Assembly (NCBI GenBank): GCA_965197905.1
Contig: CBDAOB010000004.1
Location: 2,080,001 to 2,144,000, forward strand
DNA from: Candidatus Latescibacterota bacterium
GTDB lineage: Bacteria > Latescibacterota > UBA2968 > UBA8231
Length of the DNA stretch: 64,000 nucleotides
Direction of reading: 5' to 3'
The notes beneath the pieces are model-generated. The model saw only the letters and a program-made list of their open reading frames with translations. It was not told where the DNA came from and did no database searches. Numbering within the stretch: the stretch's first letter is position 1; each line of letters starts with the position of its first letter. A program made the position numbers and the translations under genes. Below are positions 36,011 to 46,148 of this stretch, one piece after another.

Positions 36011-37039
36011 TTGGAAGACCGCATAATCGATCCGAATGCAGACGACGACGATCTGAGATTTGACCGCACCTTGCGGCCAACCTCTCTCTCCGAGATGCTG
36101 GGGCAGGTGCGCATCAAGGAGCAGCTCCGCATTGCCATTGAGGCAGCAAGGCAACGCGGCGAGGCAATGGACCATGTGCTGCTCTACGGTCCTCCGGGCT
36201 TGGGAAAAACGACCATATCACACGTCATAGCGCGGGAGCTTGCCGTCGATATCCATCCAACATCCGGCCCCCTTCTGGAACGTCCCGGAGAGCTGGCTGG
36301 AATACTAACCAAACTTGGACCGCGGGATGTATTGTTCATCGATGAGGTGCACCGAGTGAACCGGGTGGTCGAGGAGTATCTCTATTCGGCGATGGAGGAC
36401 TACCGCATCGACATCATGATCGATCAGGGCCCGCAGGCGCGTTCGGTATCGATTCCCCTCGAACCGTTTACGCTGATCGGCGCTACAACGCGACAGGCTT
36501 TGCTCACCTCGCCGTTGCGGGCGCGCTTTGGTATTACGCTCCATCTCGATTATTACACCGTTGACGAGCTCACGCAGATAATCCTGCGCGATGCCGAGCT
36601 ACTCGGATTTGTCGTGGATGCCGACGGCGCACGGGAGATCGCACAACGAGGCAGAGGCACCGCCCGGACGGCCAAGCGCCTATTGGCTCGCGTTCGAGAC
36701 TTCGCCCAGGTCAAAGGAGATGGGTCCGTCAATATGAGCACGGTCACCAAAGCGCTGGACATGCTCAATGTAGACGCAGTTGGTCTCGACGAGATGGATC
36801 TCAAGCTTCTCAGTGCCGTTGTCGACCGGTTCAACGGAGGACCGGTCGGACTCGACAATCTGGCAGCGGTCATCGGCGAGGAGGCAGAGACGATTTCGGA
36901 CGTATATGAGCCGTACCTGATCAAGGAGGGGTTCTTGAAACGGACACCCCGAGGCCGGCGAGCGATGACACGGGCGTATGAGCACCTGGGACGTCCCTTA
37001 CCCACCGAACAGGACCCCGATCAGCTGGATCTGCTGTGA
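36011..37039 (+). CDS. ruvB: Holliday junction helicase RuvB
   Basis: 'GPPGLGKTT', 'FIDEVHR', 'RTPRGR'. Confidence 0.97.
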   Translation: MEDRIIDPNADDDDLRFDRTLRPTSLSEMLGQVRIKEQLRIAIEAARQRGEAMDHVLLYGPPGLGKTTISHVIARELAVDIHPTSGPLLERPGELAGILTKLGPRDVLFIDEVHRVNRVVEEYLYSAMEDYRIDIMIDQGPQARSVSIPLEPFTLIGATTRQALLTSPLRARFGITLHLDYYTVDELTQIILRDAELLGFVVDADGAREIAQRGRGTARTAKRLLARVRDFAQVKGDGSVNMSTVTKALDMLNVDAVGLDEMDLKLLSAVVDRFNGGPVGLDNLAAVIGEEAETISDVYEPYLIKEGFLKRTPRGRRAMTRAYEHLGRPLPTEQDPDQLDLL

Positions 37040-37101
37040 GATTCGTTTCCATTCGCGGCCGTCCAGGTCGATTATCGCCGGGATGGTGACCTGAGGACCC
37101 G

Positions 37102-37779
37102 GTGCTCGTACTTGCCCTAGACACCTCCACCCCGAGCGGCAGTGTTTGCCTGCTCGACCGGGACAAAGTCATCGCCGGACGGCTCTTCGATCCCGGCATT
37201 CGGCATTGCCAACGTTTGTTCGTGGAGATCGATGAGCTGTATAAACTGAGCGGCTACGAGGTGGCAAACACGGATGCCGTCGCAGCGACCATAGGCCCCG
37301 GCTCTTTCACCGGCCTTCGCATCGGACTTGCGGCGGCCAAAGGGATCTGTTTCGCCGCCGACAAACCTCTCGTGACTGTTTCAACACTCGAGGTGCTGGC
37401 ATCACGGTTGCCTTTCTCGCTCTATCCAGTGTGCGCCATGATCGACGCCAGAAAGGATCAAGTGTACGCGGCAACCTACGATATGTCGGAGGACTATCCG
37501 GTGGAGCTTTCCGCACCACGCGCGGTAGAACCGGATATCCTGATTGGAGAACTGGCGGGGGGGCCGGTAATCTGCACAGGAAACGGAGCTCACGTGTTTG
37601 CCAATTTGCTAGCTGAAAACCCACTCGCAAAACGGTCCCCTCTGCATTGTTCGGGTATGGATGCGTCCGCTACCGGTTGGCTAGCGATACGCAAGATAGA
37701 TGCGGGCTTGTTCGCCGACGTGAATTCGGTCGAGCCCCTATACCTGCGGGCTCCCGATGCCCAGGCGCCCCGGGGTTGA
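37102..37779 (+). CDS. tsaB: tRNA threonylcarbamoyladenosine biosynthesis protein TsaB
   Basis: 'LALDTS', 'GPGSFTGLRIG', 'IDARK', 'PLYLR'. Confidence 0.95.
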   Translation: MLVLALDTSTPSGSVCLLDRDKVIAGRLFDPGIRHCQRLFVEIDELYKLSGYEVANTDAVAATIGPGSFTGLRIGLAAAKGICFAADKPLVTVSTLEVLASRLPFSLYPVCAMIDARKDQVYAATYDMSEDYPVELSAPRAVEPDILIGELAGGPVICTGNGAHVFANLLAENPLAKRSPLHCSGMDASATGWLAIRKIDAGLFADVNSVEPLYLRAPDAQAPRG

Positions 37780-37892
37780 ACCATTCGACCGGAACTAAAT
37801 TGCGCACATTCGATAACCGTTCCACTCACCTTCCCCTGCGACGCCCTGACTCGCCGGAGCCGCCTGAAACACGCAACAGTTCGCGCCGATGT

Positions 37893-38333
37893 GTGTTGCC
37901 GCTCAACACCAGTCACATCCAATCGGCACTGGCCATTGAACGTCTATCGTTTGAATCGCCGTGGTGTGCGCTCGATTTTCAATCGGTTTTCGACGATGCG
38001 TGCTCGCTGAGTCTCGGTTTGGAGCTCGACGGCAGCCTGGTAGGATACGCCATCGGCTATCTGGAAGTGCCATCGTTTCATCTTACCAATTTGGCGGTCG
38101 ATCCGAGCCACCGCAGGATGGGACATGCCAACGTGCTCGTATGGGGAATCATGGCCCAGGCGATCGAGGCGGGTTGCGATGTGTGCACGTTGGAGGTGAG
38201 GGCATCCAACGAGGGTGCCCAGCGGCTGTACCGCATGCTGGGCTTTGAGGTGGTAGATGTTTGGCGCCGGTTTTACACAGCCCCGTCCGAAGACGCCCGC
38301 ATCATGTATAGAGCTCTGAACCGCCATGGCTGA
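37893..38333 (+). CDS. rimI: Ribosomal-protein N-acetyltransferase RimI (GNAT)
   Basis: 'IERLSFESPW', 'NLAVDPSHRRMG', 'LEVRASN...LY...GF'. Start uncertain (frame open from 37647). Confidence 0.85.
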   Translation: MLPLNTSHIQSALAIERLSFESPWCALDFQSVFDDACSLSLGLELDGSLVGYAIGYLEVPSFHLTNLAVDPSHRRMGHANVLVWGIMAQAIEAGCDVCTLEVRASNEGAQRLYRMLGFEVVDVWRRFYTAPSEDARIMYRALNRHG

Positions 38334-39456
38334 TGTCGTACTGCGAGGCCTGAGCAAGACCTACGATGGAGAGATTGTCGCCGTCAGCAACGTCGATATC
38401 GAAATCGGGCACGGCGAGTTCGTCGTGTTGGTGGGCCCCTCGGGCTGCGGTAAGTCCACGACATTGCGGATGATCGCCGGCTTGGAGGAGGTCACCGAGG
38501 GCGAGATCCTCATCGATGGCCAAGTCGTAAATGAGGTGCGGCCGAAAGATCGCGACATTGCCATGGTTTTTCAGAACTATGCCCTTTACCCTCACATGAC
38601 GGTGTACCAAAACATGGCCTTCGGGCTCAGGCTCAGGAAGTTTGGCAACGATGAGATAGAGCACCGGGTTCAAGATGCGGCCGGCATTCTGGGCATAGCC
38701 GATCTGTTGGATCGCAGGCCGAAGGAGCTCTCCGGTGGCCAAAGGCAAAGGGTGGCCGTGGGGCGAGCGATTGTCCGCAAACCCAAGGTGTTTCTGTTCG
38801 ACGAACCGCTGTCGAATTTGGACGCCAAATTGAGAGTGCAGATGCGGGCGGAAATCAGTAAGCTGCACGCTCAAATCGATGCGACCATGATCTACGTAAC
38901 TCACGACCAGGTGGAAGCGATGACTATGGGTGACCGAATTGTCGTTATGAAGGATGGCATCGTACAGCAAATCGACCAGCCACTCCATCTCTACAACCGG
39001 CCGACAAACAAATTCGTGGCAGGGTTCATCGGAAATCCGGGTATGAATTTCTTTCGCGGGAAGATTGTCGCGGACCACGGAGGCGATCTGGTCTTCGACG
39101 ATGGTGTGTTGAATCTTCGACTGCCTTCCCAGGTCAAAGGAGCTTTGAAAGCGCGAATCGATCGCGAGGTTATCCTCGGTATCCGGCCTGAGCACATTCG
39201 CAATCCGGAGACGATGGGTCGCGAAGCGCAGGTTGAAACTATCTCGGCTCGCGTCGAGGTGGTGGAACCCATGGGAAACGACGTATACCTCTATCTGAAC
39301 ACCGGAACTTCCAGTTTTGTCGCGCGCGTCGAGCCCGACCACCTTCCCGACGTGCACGATGAAGTCAGTTTGGCCGTGGCTGTGGACAAGATTCACTATT
39401 TCGACGAGACCAGCGAGGTCAACGTCGCATTAGACCTGGAAGAGGTCCGATCTTGA
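38326..39456 (+). CDS. Carbohydrate ABC transporter ATP-binding protein (UgpC/MsmX/MalK family)
   Basis: GPSGCGKST, 'VFQNYALYPHMTV', LSGGQ, TOBE domain. No cognate permease adjacent. Confidence 0.93.
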   Translation: MADVVLRGLSKTYDGEIVAVSNVDIEIGHGEFVVLVGPSGCGKSTTLRMIAGLEEVTEGEILIDGQVVNEVRPKDRDIAMVFQNYALYPHMTVYQNMAFGLRLRKFGNDEIEHRVQDAAGILGIADLLDRRPKELSGGQRQRVAVGRAIVRKPKVFLFDEPLSNLDAKLRVQMRAEISKLHAQIDATMIYVTHDQVEAMTMGDRIVVMKDGIVQQIDQPLHLYNRPTNKFVAGFIGNPGMNFFRGKIVADHGGDLVFDDGVLNLRLPSQVKGALKARIDREVILGIRPEHIRNPETMGREAQVETISARVEVVEPMGNDVYLYLNTGTSSFVARVEPDHLPDVHDEVSLAVAVDKIHYFDETSEVNVALDLEEVRS

Positions 39457-39465
39457 GTAAGCTCG

Positions 39466-40545
39466 ATGTCGCTCGCTAATGTCCCAGGCCAAGAGGGCGC
39501 AAAAACCCTTGCCGCGGCCTGGCTGCGAAACCAGCGCATACCCCACTCAATACTGATCAAGGGACCTGCCGGCACTTCGAAACGCACACTCGCAATGGAA
39601 GTTGCCAAGGCCGTCAACTGCGCCCAACCGGGCAACGGTGCTTGCGATTCGTGCGCCTCATGCCGCAAGATCGACAGCCTGGTACATCCGGATGTGCACG
39701 CGTTGATGCCGTTGGTAGCCGGCAGCAAGAAGAGCGGCGACGCAAGAGATCAGATGAGGTCGGAGGTGATGGGGTATCTAAACGACCATACAACCCTCGC
39801 GGTGAGCAACGTGAATATCGCGCGGGATCATCTGCTAAACCTTCAACGGGAGATCTACTTCGCCCCTACGGTGGGAAACCGGAAAATAGGAATTGTCTTC
39901 GAAGCTGACCGGATGCATCCCGCTGGTTCCAATGCCCTACTAAAGACACTCGAAGAACCTCCGAATCGTGCGCTCCTCATTCTGGTATCGACGTTCCCGG
40001 AGCGTCTATTGCCTACTATTCGGTCTCGCTGCCAGAATATGGTGACCCACGCTCTTGGCAGGGAAGAGCTGGAAGAGCATTTGCGTCCTTTAAAACTTGC
40101 TCCAGATCGTTTGGAACTAACCCTGCGTTTGGCAGACGGAAACCTGCACCGCGCCAACCACGTTGCCACAGGGAGCATCGACGCAACACGTACGCGGGTG
40201 GAGAACTTTCTGCTGTCAGCCTGCAAGAAGGAGGACAAAGAATTCTGGCGACTGACGGCGGAAATCGGGGTCAAAGCGGAGCGCCAGGAACTGGAGCGTT
40301 TTTTGGAAACCTGCTCCCAGTACTTGAGGGATCTGTTCCTGATCAAATACGGTCGCGAGCATCTGGCGCGGCACATCGACCGGAGCGAATTCTTGCACCT
40401 GGTGGATTGCCTCACACCTGAGATGCTGGAAACTGTAGCTGCGGAGGTGGACCAAGCCTTCCAGAACATAACGCAGAACGTTGCCCCCTCTCTGGCCTTG
40501 GTTGACCTCTGGCGTCGCCTTGGTCCACGGGAAGTTTCCCGCTGA
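39466..40545 (+). CDS. holB: DNA polymerase III delta' subunit
   Basis: Zn motif 'ACDSCASC', 'HPD', 'NALLKTLEEPP', 'TIRSRC'. Confidence 0.9.
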   Translation: MSLANVPGQEGAKTLAAAWLRNQRIPHSILIKGPAGTSKRTLAMEVAKAVNCAQPGNGACDSCASCRKIDSLVHPDVHALMPLVAGSKKSGDARDQMRSEVMGYLNDHTTLAVSNVNIARDHLLNLQREIYFAPTVGNRKIGIVFEADRMHPAGSNALLKTLEEPPNRALLILVSTFPERLLPTIRSRCQNMVTHALGREELEEHLRPLKLAPDRLELTLRLADGNLHRANHVATGSIDATRTRVENFLLSACKKEDKEFWRLTAEIGVKAERQELERFLETCSQYLRDLFLIKYGREHLARHIDRSEFLHLVDCLTPEMLETVAAEVDQAFQNITQNVAPSLALVDLWRRLGPREVSR

Positions 40546-41381
40546 TGCACCGACCACCGCCACTAAAAAGGTACGGTCAACACTTTCTCAGCGATGGCAC
40601 GGTCATCGAGAAGATCGTTCGTATCGTGTCGCCCGGTGCAGATGATTTACTGCTCGAAGTCGGTCCCGGAAGGGGGGCGCTCACCAAACGCCTGGTGGAG
40701 ATCGCGGGACCGATCGCGGCCGTGGAGATAGACGAACAATTGTCGGCACTCTTGCAGGAGCGCTTCGCCGCCAACGACGTAAGCCTTCTCAACGCTGACA
40801 TTCTTCAGGCGGATTTTCGCCGTATCCTCAGTGAAGGCGGAAAGAAACTCCTGTATGTCGTCGGCAATCTGCCCTACAATATTACGGCGCCGTTGTTGTT
40901 CAAGCTGCTCGACAACGCCGAGCTCATCAATCGGTCGTTGCTGATGGTACAGCGGGAGGTGGCCGAGCGTCTGGTCGCGACGCCCGGAAGCAAGGCGTAC
41001 GGCGTCTTGTCCGTGTTGTTGGGCTTACGCGCCGATGTAAACATTCGAATTCGGGTGAATCGGCGCGCGTTCAAGCCGATTCCCAAGGTCGATTCGGCCG
41101 TGGTGGAGATTGATTTTCTCCGAACACCCCGATACGAGATTCACGACGTTGGAGGGTTGCACCGGCTCGTTCGAGCCTGCTTCGGGCAACGGCGCAAGAT
41201 GTTGCGCAATTCGCTGCTCGCCATGAGTGTCGCGCACCCCGAGGTTTCGCTGGAGGAGATCGTCGCGCCAACAGGAATCGAGCTTTCGCGACGCCCGGAA
41301 AGCCTCGCGCTGGCGGAGTTTGCCGAACTCTCAAATGCATTCTCCGCCGCGCGGGGTGCCACCGCGAATACGCGGTGCTGA
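40545..41381 (+). CDS. rsmA: 16S rRNA m6,2A1518/1519 dimethyltransferase
   Basis: 'YGQHFL', 'LEVGPGRG', 'VGNLPYNI', 'QRRKMLRN'. Confidence 0.96.
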   Translation: MHRPPPLKRYGQHFLSDGTVIEKIVRIVSPGADDLLLEVGPGRGALTKRLVEIAGPIAAVEIDEQLSALLQERFAANDVSLLNADILQADFRRILSEGGKKLLYVVGNLPYNITAPLLFKLLDNAELINRSLLMVQREVAERLVATPGSKAYGVLSVLLGLRADVNIRIRVNRRAFKPIPKVDSAVVEIDFLRTPRYEIHDVGGLHRLVRACFGQRRKMLRNSLLAMSVAHPEVSLEEIVAPTGIELSRRPESLALAEFAELSNAFSAARGATANTRC

Positions 41382-41382
41382 T

Positions 41383-43314
41383 GTGGTCATTCGGTGCAGG
41401 CTGTTCGCCGTGGCGTTCGCGACCTTGCTGACGAGCACGGTGTGGGGATCGCAGTATACCTTACGCTTCAACAAGACGAGCTCGCGGATGAGCTGGAACC
41501 ATCGACTTCCCAGCTGGCAATATTCGATTCCGGTGCGCTCCATAGCTGGACCTGATTCAACGACAGCTCTGCGCGTGTCGACGTCGGCGAGCCTGAGCTA
41601 CATCCTGGACGAACGGAACGACGTCAAGACCTGGCAGGACAGAGGTCTAGTCAACTGGTCAGTCAACTATCCAGTATTGGGTTCAAAGGCGGAAGTCGGG
41701 GTCTCGGGGAACGTGGAAACCCGCAATGCCACGCTTCAGAAGCAGAAGATCCGCAACCAGACCTACGGTGCTCGTCTTCAATACAAACCGTTGGACAAGG
41801 GTGTGTTTCGAACGCTGCGGGCGCACGTCGCTCCTGGACTCATAACCGCGAGCCGCGTTAGCCGAGCCAAGCTAGATAGCACGATTCAGGAGCGCGGTGT
41901 TCAATACGACGCCCAGATCAGTACCGATCCAGTATTTCGAGTCCGGGGACGGAAACTAAATACTTCGATGCGTTTGACGAAGAGGGACAATACCCTCGAG
42001 AACAACAAGGATTTGAGTGAAACGCTATCCCTAAATATGGGGTACAAGTTACCACGCAATGCAAATGCAAGCCTCGCAGTCAGCGAATCTCGTACCGAAC
42101 GCGGCGTAACCCGTTCGGTCGTCGAGGCCGACGCCAACCGTTTCGGGGTGACTGACACGACCATAACAGCTGACATCGCGGCCACGCGAAACAGTTCAAT
42201 TACATCCAAAGCCGATTTCAAAGTCATGAGTTTCAAGCTCGACACGAAGTTATCTTACATCGAGAACTTGAACACCAACACCGCCAGTGATTCGGAAGAC
42301 ACCGGCAATAGATATTTCGGCACCGACCGCGAGAGCAAGCAGTGGCGTCTAGGTACCAACGTTTCCGGCAGGTTGATCGATCAGCTGGTTGTGCGGACCT
42401 CAATCAACCACAAGGTCAGGGATCAGCGATTCCTCCCGGTAGAGTTCCGAGACGGCAGAAGGCATCGCGACGACAGTGAAGATCGGAGGGATCGCGACCT
42501 TGCCGTAAACGCGTCTCTCGATTGGCAAGTGCGGACCAAACATACGTTGAAATTTTCGAGCCAGGTTCGTTCGATTCGCGACAAAAATCCGGGCTCCCCG
42601 AAACAGAACAGAGATACCTTTCGCAACACCTCCGCTTTTTCGTACTCGGGGACCTACGCTAGTGGACTTCAGTTGACGGTGGGTGTCGGATCCAGTTTCT
42701 ATCATCGCGTCAATCTGCACGCCAGCCGCTCGAGCGACAACTCGCGCAATCGCGATCTCAATCTTGACATCAACACCCGTTACGAGCGTCTGGGGGCCAG
42801 CATTACCCACACTTTTGGCGTTTCGGCCAGACGAACCATATACGACTTCGACCGCCAGGTAAATTCGCGGGATTCCGATCGCAGGAGCAACATCCGGAGA
42901 GGGTGGAGTATGCGCCACACAATCCAGCGCCGATTCACCTCCGCGCTCCAGGTCAACTCGAGCTACGCCTACAAGGCCGATGATTTCGGTCGCTTCATAG
43001 TCGAGGACAACGCTCAGATCGTAGAGGAAGACAACAGCGACCACACGGCCAGCTGTGGCGTTTTGTACCGCCCCAACAAGGCGTTTTCCGTAGCTACAAA
43101 TTACACCTACAGGTTGGACAGGCAGTGGGACCATGTGTATGACAATTTTCGCGAGTTCCGATCGTTGGTGATCCGCAACAAACACGAAAACCTGAGTGTC
43201 ACTTTCGATTACAAACCGACGAGGGATTCGACCTTGAACTTTCGAAGTAGCCGATCGCGGCAGCTGAGCGGCACCTTCGATAGTTTCAACATTGGCTACG
43301 TGAGAACCATCTGA
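41383..43314 (+). CDS. Hypothetical exported protein, probable outer-membrane beta-barrel
   Basis: Signal peptide from GTG 41383; Ser/Thr/Arg/Asn-rich alternating beta-strand pattern; C-terminus 'FNIGYVRTI'. Confidence 0.6.
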   Translation: MVIRCRLFAVAFATLLTSTVWGSQYTLRFNKTSSRMSWNHRLPSWQYSIPVRSIAGPDSTTALRVSTSASLSYILDERNDVKTWQDRGLVNWSVNYPVLGSKAEVGVSGNVETRNATLQKQKIRNQTYGARLQYKPLDKGVFRTLRAHVAPGLITASRVSRAKLDSTIQERGVQYDAQISTDPVFRVRGRKLNTSMRLTKRDNTLENNKDLSETLSLNMGYKLPRNANASLAVSESRTERGVTRSVVEADANRFGVTDTTITADIAATRNSSITSKADFKVMSFKLDTKLSYIENLNTNTASDSEDTGNRYFGTDRESKQWRLGTNVSGRLIDQLVVRTSINHKVRDQRFLPVEFRDGRRHRDDSEDRRDRDLAVNASLDWQVRTKHTLKFSSQVRSIRDKNPGSPKQNRDTFRNTSAFSYSGTYASGLQLTVGVGSSFYHRVNLHASRSSDNSRNRDLNLDINTRYERLGASITHTFGVSARRTIYDFDRQVNSRDSDRRSNIRRGWSMRHTIQRRFTSALQVNSSYAYKADDFGRFIVEDNAQIVEEDNSDHTASCGVLYRPNKAFSVATNYTYRLDRQWDHVYDNFREFRSLVIRNKHENLSVTFDYKPTRDSTLNFRSSRSRQLSGTFDSFNIGYVRTI

Positions 43315-43338
43315 ATCAATAATAGGAGATGCTGATCG

Positions 43339-44259
43339 ATGGCGATGGCTCAATCGGACAAGATCTGGTTTAATGGTGAATTGATAGATTGGAACGATGC
43401 AAAGATTCACGTTCTCTCGCATGTCGTGCACTACGGGTCCAGCGTTTTTGAAGGGATTCGCTGTTATCGCACGAAAAGAGGGCCGGCGGTTTTTCGCCTA
43501 GACGACCACATGGGCAGACTCTATGACTCAGCCAAGATTTATCGAATGAATATTCCGTACGAAATCGACGAATTGCGCAACGCCGTTCTCGAGACTATTC
43601 GCATAAATAATCTGGAAGCGTGTTATGTGCGCCCGGTCGTGTTCAGGGGTTACGGAGCGATAGGCGTCTTGCCCTTCGATGCTCCGATCGATACGGCTAT
43701 TGCCGTATGGGAGTGGGGGCAGTATCTGGGTGAGGAGGCGGTGGAAAAGGGAGTCTCCGTGTGTACGTCATCCTGGAACAGGATGGCGCCAAACACCATC
43801 CCCTTCCTCGCCAAGGCGGGAGGAAACTATCTCAATTCGCAGCTGGTGAAAATGGAGGCGAACCTGGACGGCTACGACGAAGGCATTGTACTGGGCACCG
43901 ACGGATTGGTCAGCGAGGGGAGCGGGGAGAATATCTTTGCCATCAAAAACGACAGCATCTACACTCCGTCATCGAGCTTTTCCATTCTCCCGGGCATTAC
44001 CCGCCACAGCGCTATAACGCTGGCAAAGGACATGGGGTTCAAGGTAGAACAGCGGCCTATCCCCAGGGAATTTCTGTATTTAGCGGATGAATTGTTTTTT
44101 ACTGGAACGGCCGCCGAGATAACCCCGATTCGCGCCGTTGACAAGATACCTATCGGCAGCGGTAAACGGGGTCCGATCACGAGCAAGTTACAGGAAGCCT
44201 TTTTCGCGATCACCAACGGCGACCAGGACGATCGTCATGGTTGGCTGACCCACGTCTGA
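43339..44259 (+). CDS. ilvE: Branched-chain amino acid aminotransferase
   Basis: '[13 protein letters not shown]', 'KAGGNY', 'EGSGENIF', 'LPGITR', 'GTAAEITP'. Confidence 0.96.
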   Translation: MAMAQSDKIWFNGELIDWNDAKIHVLSHVVHYGSSVFEGIRCYRTKRGPAVFRLDDHMGRLYDSAKIYRMNIPYEIDELRNAVLETIRINNLEACYVRPVVFRGYGAIGVLPFDAPIDTAIAVWEWGQYLGEEAVEKGVSVCTSSWNRMAPNTIPFLAKAGGNYLNSQLVKMEANLDGYDEGIVLGTDGLVSEGSGENIFAIKNDSIYTPSSSFSILPGITRHSAITLAKDMGFKVEQRPIPREFLYLADELFFTGTAAEITPIRAVDKIPIGSGKRGPITSKLQEAFFAITNGDQDDRHGWLTHV

Positions 44260-44273
44260 CGAAGGAGATCACC

Positions 44274-46121
44274 ATGAATTTTCGCCGTTTTGCCGGCATG
44301 CTAATCGCGTTCGTATCGGCGATGTTGTCCTGGGACCTCGAGACTGTTTCCGCGGAGTCGGAGTGGGAAACGGTTCAGGGGACACTGAAGATCACGCGCG
44401 ATAATATTGTGCTGGACGGCACGACCAGTGCTCCGCTCCGGTACGAAGGCACTGATTCTCCCCAAAGCGGGGATTGGATGGTGCGTCACACGTTATCCGA
44501 TCCGGAGAATCTGAATCCGTATACCTCGAGTGATGCTGGTGCCAGCCGGATCATGGGATACATCTTCGAGAGTCTGCTGTATGCCGAACCGGACCCGCCA
44601 TTCGCGCTCAAAGGACACCTGGCAACCGGTTATCCTGCCATTTCCGATGACCGACTCTCTTACCTCTTTGAGATACGGTCTGACGCCGTATTCGCGGACG
44701 GAGAGCCGGTGACGGTGGACGATGTGCTTTTCAGTATGAAGGTAATCAAGAATCCCGTGGTTTTGGCGCCTCATCTGCGCAACTACTTCTCGGCGGTCAA
44801 AGATGTCAGGATCGAAGCGGGGAGTAAGATCAGATTCGTTTGCGACGAACCTTATTTCCGAAACGACCTGGTGCTCGGAACATTCGAGGTATTACCGAGG
44901 CATTTCTACGATCCAGATGGACTCTTGGAACCAGTGATGATGAAGAGCCTTGTCGACGGCTCGTGGGAAACGGGCGAGCACGCAGAACGAGTCAGAAAGT
45001 TCGCCGAGCAGTTCAATCAAAATTTTAACCGCAAAGTGCTAGGTTCGGGCCCGTACGGCATCGAAAATCCCGAGACCGACATCGTCACCCAACAGAAGGT
45101 GGTTTTGACCCGCAGTTCGAATCATTGGGCCACGGGAAAGGAATCTCTACCATCTTCCGGTTACGTAGACAAGCTAGTGTTCAAGGTAATCAACAATATG
45201 GATGCGGCATTCGTAGAGCTGACTAACGGAAACCTCGACCTGTATGTGCTGCAGCCTCTCGAGTTCAAGGAAAAGAGTTGGTCGAAGGGTTTTACCGATC
45301 GTTTCTTGAAAGGCATCGCATACGGCAGCGGGTACACCTACATAGGATGGAACAATGCGCATGCCATTTTTCGCGATCCGCTCGTGCGCAAGGCCATGAC
45401 ACATCTTACCAACAAAGAAGCGATGGTAACCAATCTTCTTTTCAGTCTCGGGGAGCCAGTTCTAAGCCCCATCCACAAGTTTCGCCCGGAATACAACCTC
45501 GACCTGGAAACCATTCCGTACGATCCAGACAAAGCCTTGGATCTTCTCGAGGAAGCAGGCTGGGATGATATGGACGGCGACGGCGTGTTGGACAAGGAAA
45601 TCGATGGCACGCGCGTGCCTTTCAAGTTCGAATTTCTGGTGAACTCCGGAAACCAAATCCGCAAGGATATCGCGCTGATCATGCAGGACGAACTTGCGGA
45701 TATCGGCATTGTCTGCGAAGTCCGGGAACTGGACTGGTCGATTTTTCTACAACGGGTCAAAAGCAAGGACTTTGCTGCTGTAACGCTGGGGTGGACGGGC
45801 AGCCTGCGTTTTCCGCCGGATGGATACCAGATCTGGCACTCCTCGCAAGCAGCGGGTAATGGTTCGAATTTCATCAGCTTCAGCAACGCAGAAGTAGACG
45901 AGATCCTAGAACAATATCGTCGGGAGTTTGACTTGGACAAACGGATTCTGCTCTACAAGCGGTTTCAGGAAATACTTCATGGTGAACAGCCATATACCTT
46001 CTTGTGGAAGGGTCGGTCAGCGACGGCCTACAGTCGTAGATTCAAAGGTGTGAATTGGTATCCCGCGGGTCCGCAAACGAGAGAGTGGTGGGTTGGTGTG
46101 GAAGATCAACTATACCGGTAG
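44274..46121 (+). CDS. Peptide ABC transporter substrate-binding protein (family 5)
   Basis: 'DPENLNP', 'FADGEPVTVDDVLFS', 'GSGPY', 'YDPDKALDLLEEAGW'. ATG 44274 follows AAGGAG. Confidence 0.9.
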   Translation: MNFRRFAGMLIAFVSAMLSWDLETVSAESEWETVQGTLKITRDNIVLDGTTSAPLRYEGTDSPQSGDWMVRHTLSDPENLNPYTSSDAGASRIMGYIFESLLYAEPDPPFALKGHLATGYPAISDDRLSYLFEIRSDAVFADGEPVTVDDVLFSMKVIKNPVVLAPHLRNYFSAVKDVRIEAGSKIRFVCDEPYFRNDLVLGTFEVLPRHFYDPDGLLEPVMMKSLVDGSWETGEHAERVRKFAEQFNQNFNRKVLGSGPYGIENPETDIVTQQKVVLTRSSNHWATGKESLPSSGYVDKLVFKVINNMDAAFVELTNGNLDLYVLQPLEFKEKSWSKGFTDRFLKGIAYGSGYTYIGWNNAHAIFRDPLVRKAMTHLTNKEAMVTNLLFSLGEPVLSPIHKFRPEYNLDLETIPYDPDKALDLLEEAGWDDMDGDGVLDKEIDGTRVPFKFEFLVNSGNQIRKDIALIMQDELADIGIVCEVRELDWSIFLQRVKSKDFAAVTLGWTGSLRFPPDGYQIWHSSQAAGNGSNFISFSNAEVDEILEQYRREFDLDKRILLYKRFQEILHGEQPYTFLWKGRSATAYSRRFKGVNWYPAGPQTREWWVGVEDQLYR

Positions 46122-46148
46122 CATCTGATTGCACCAATATTGACATAG

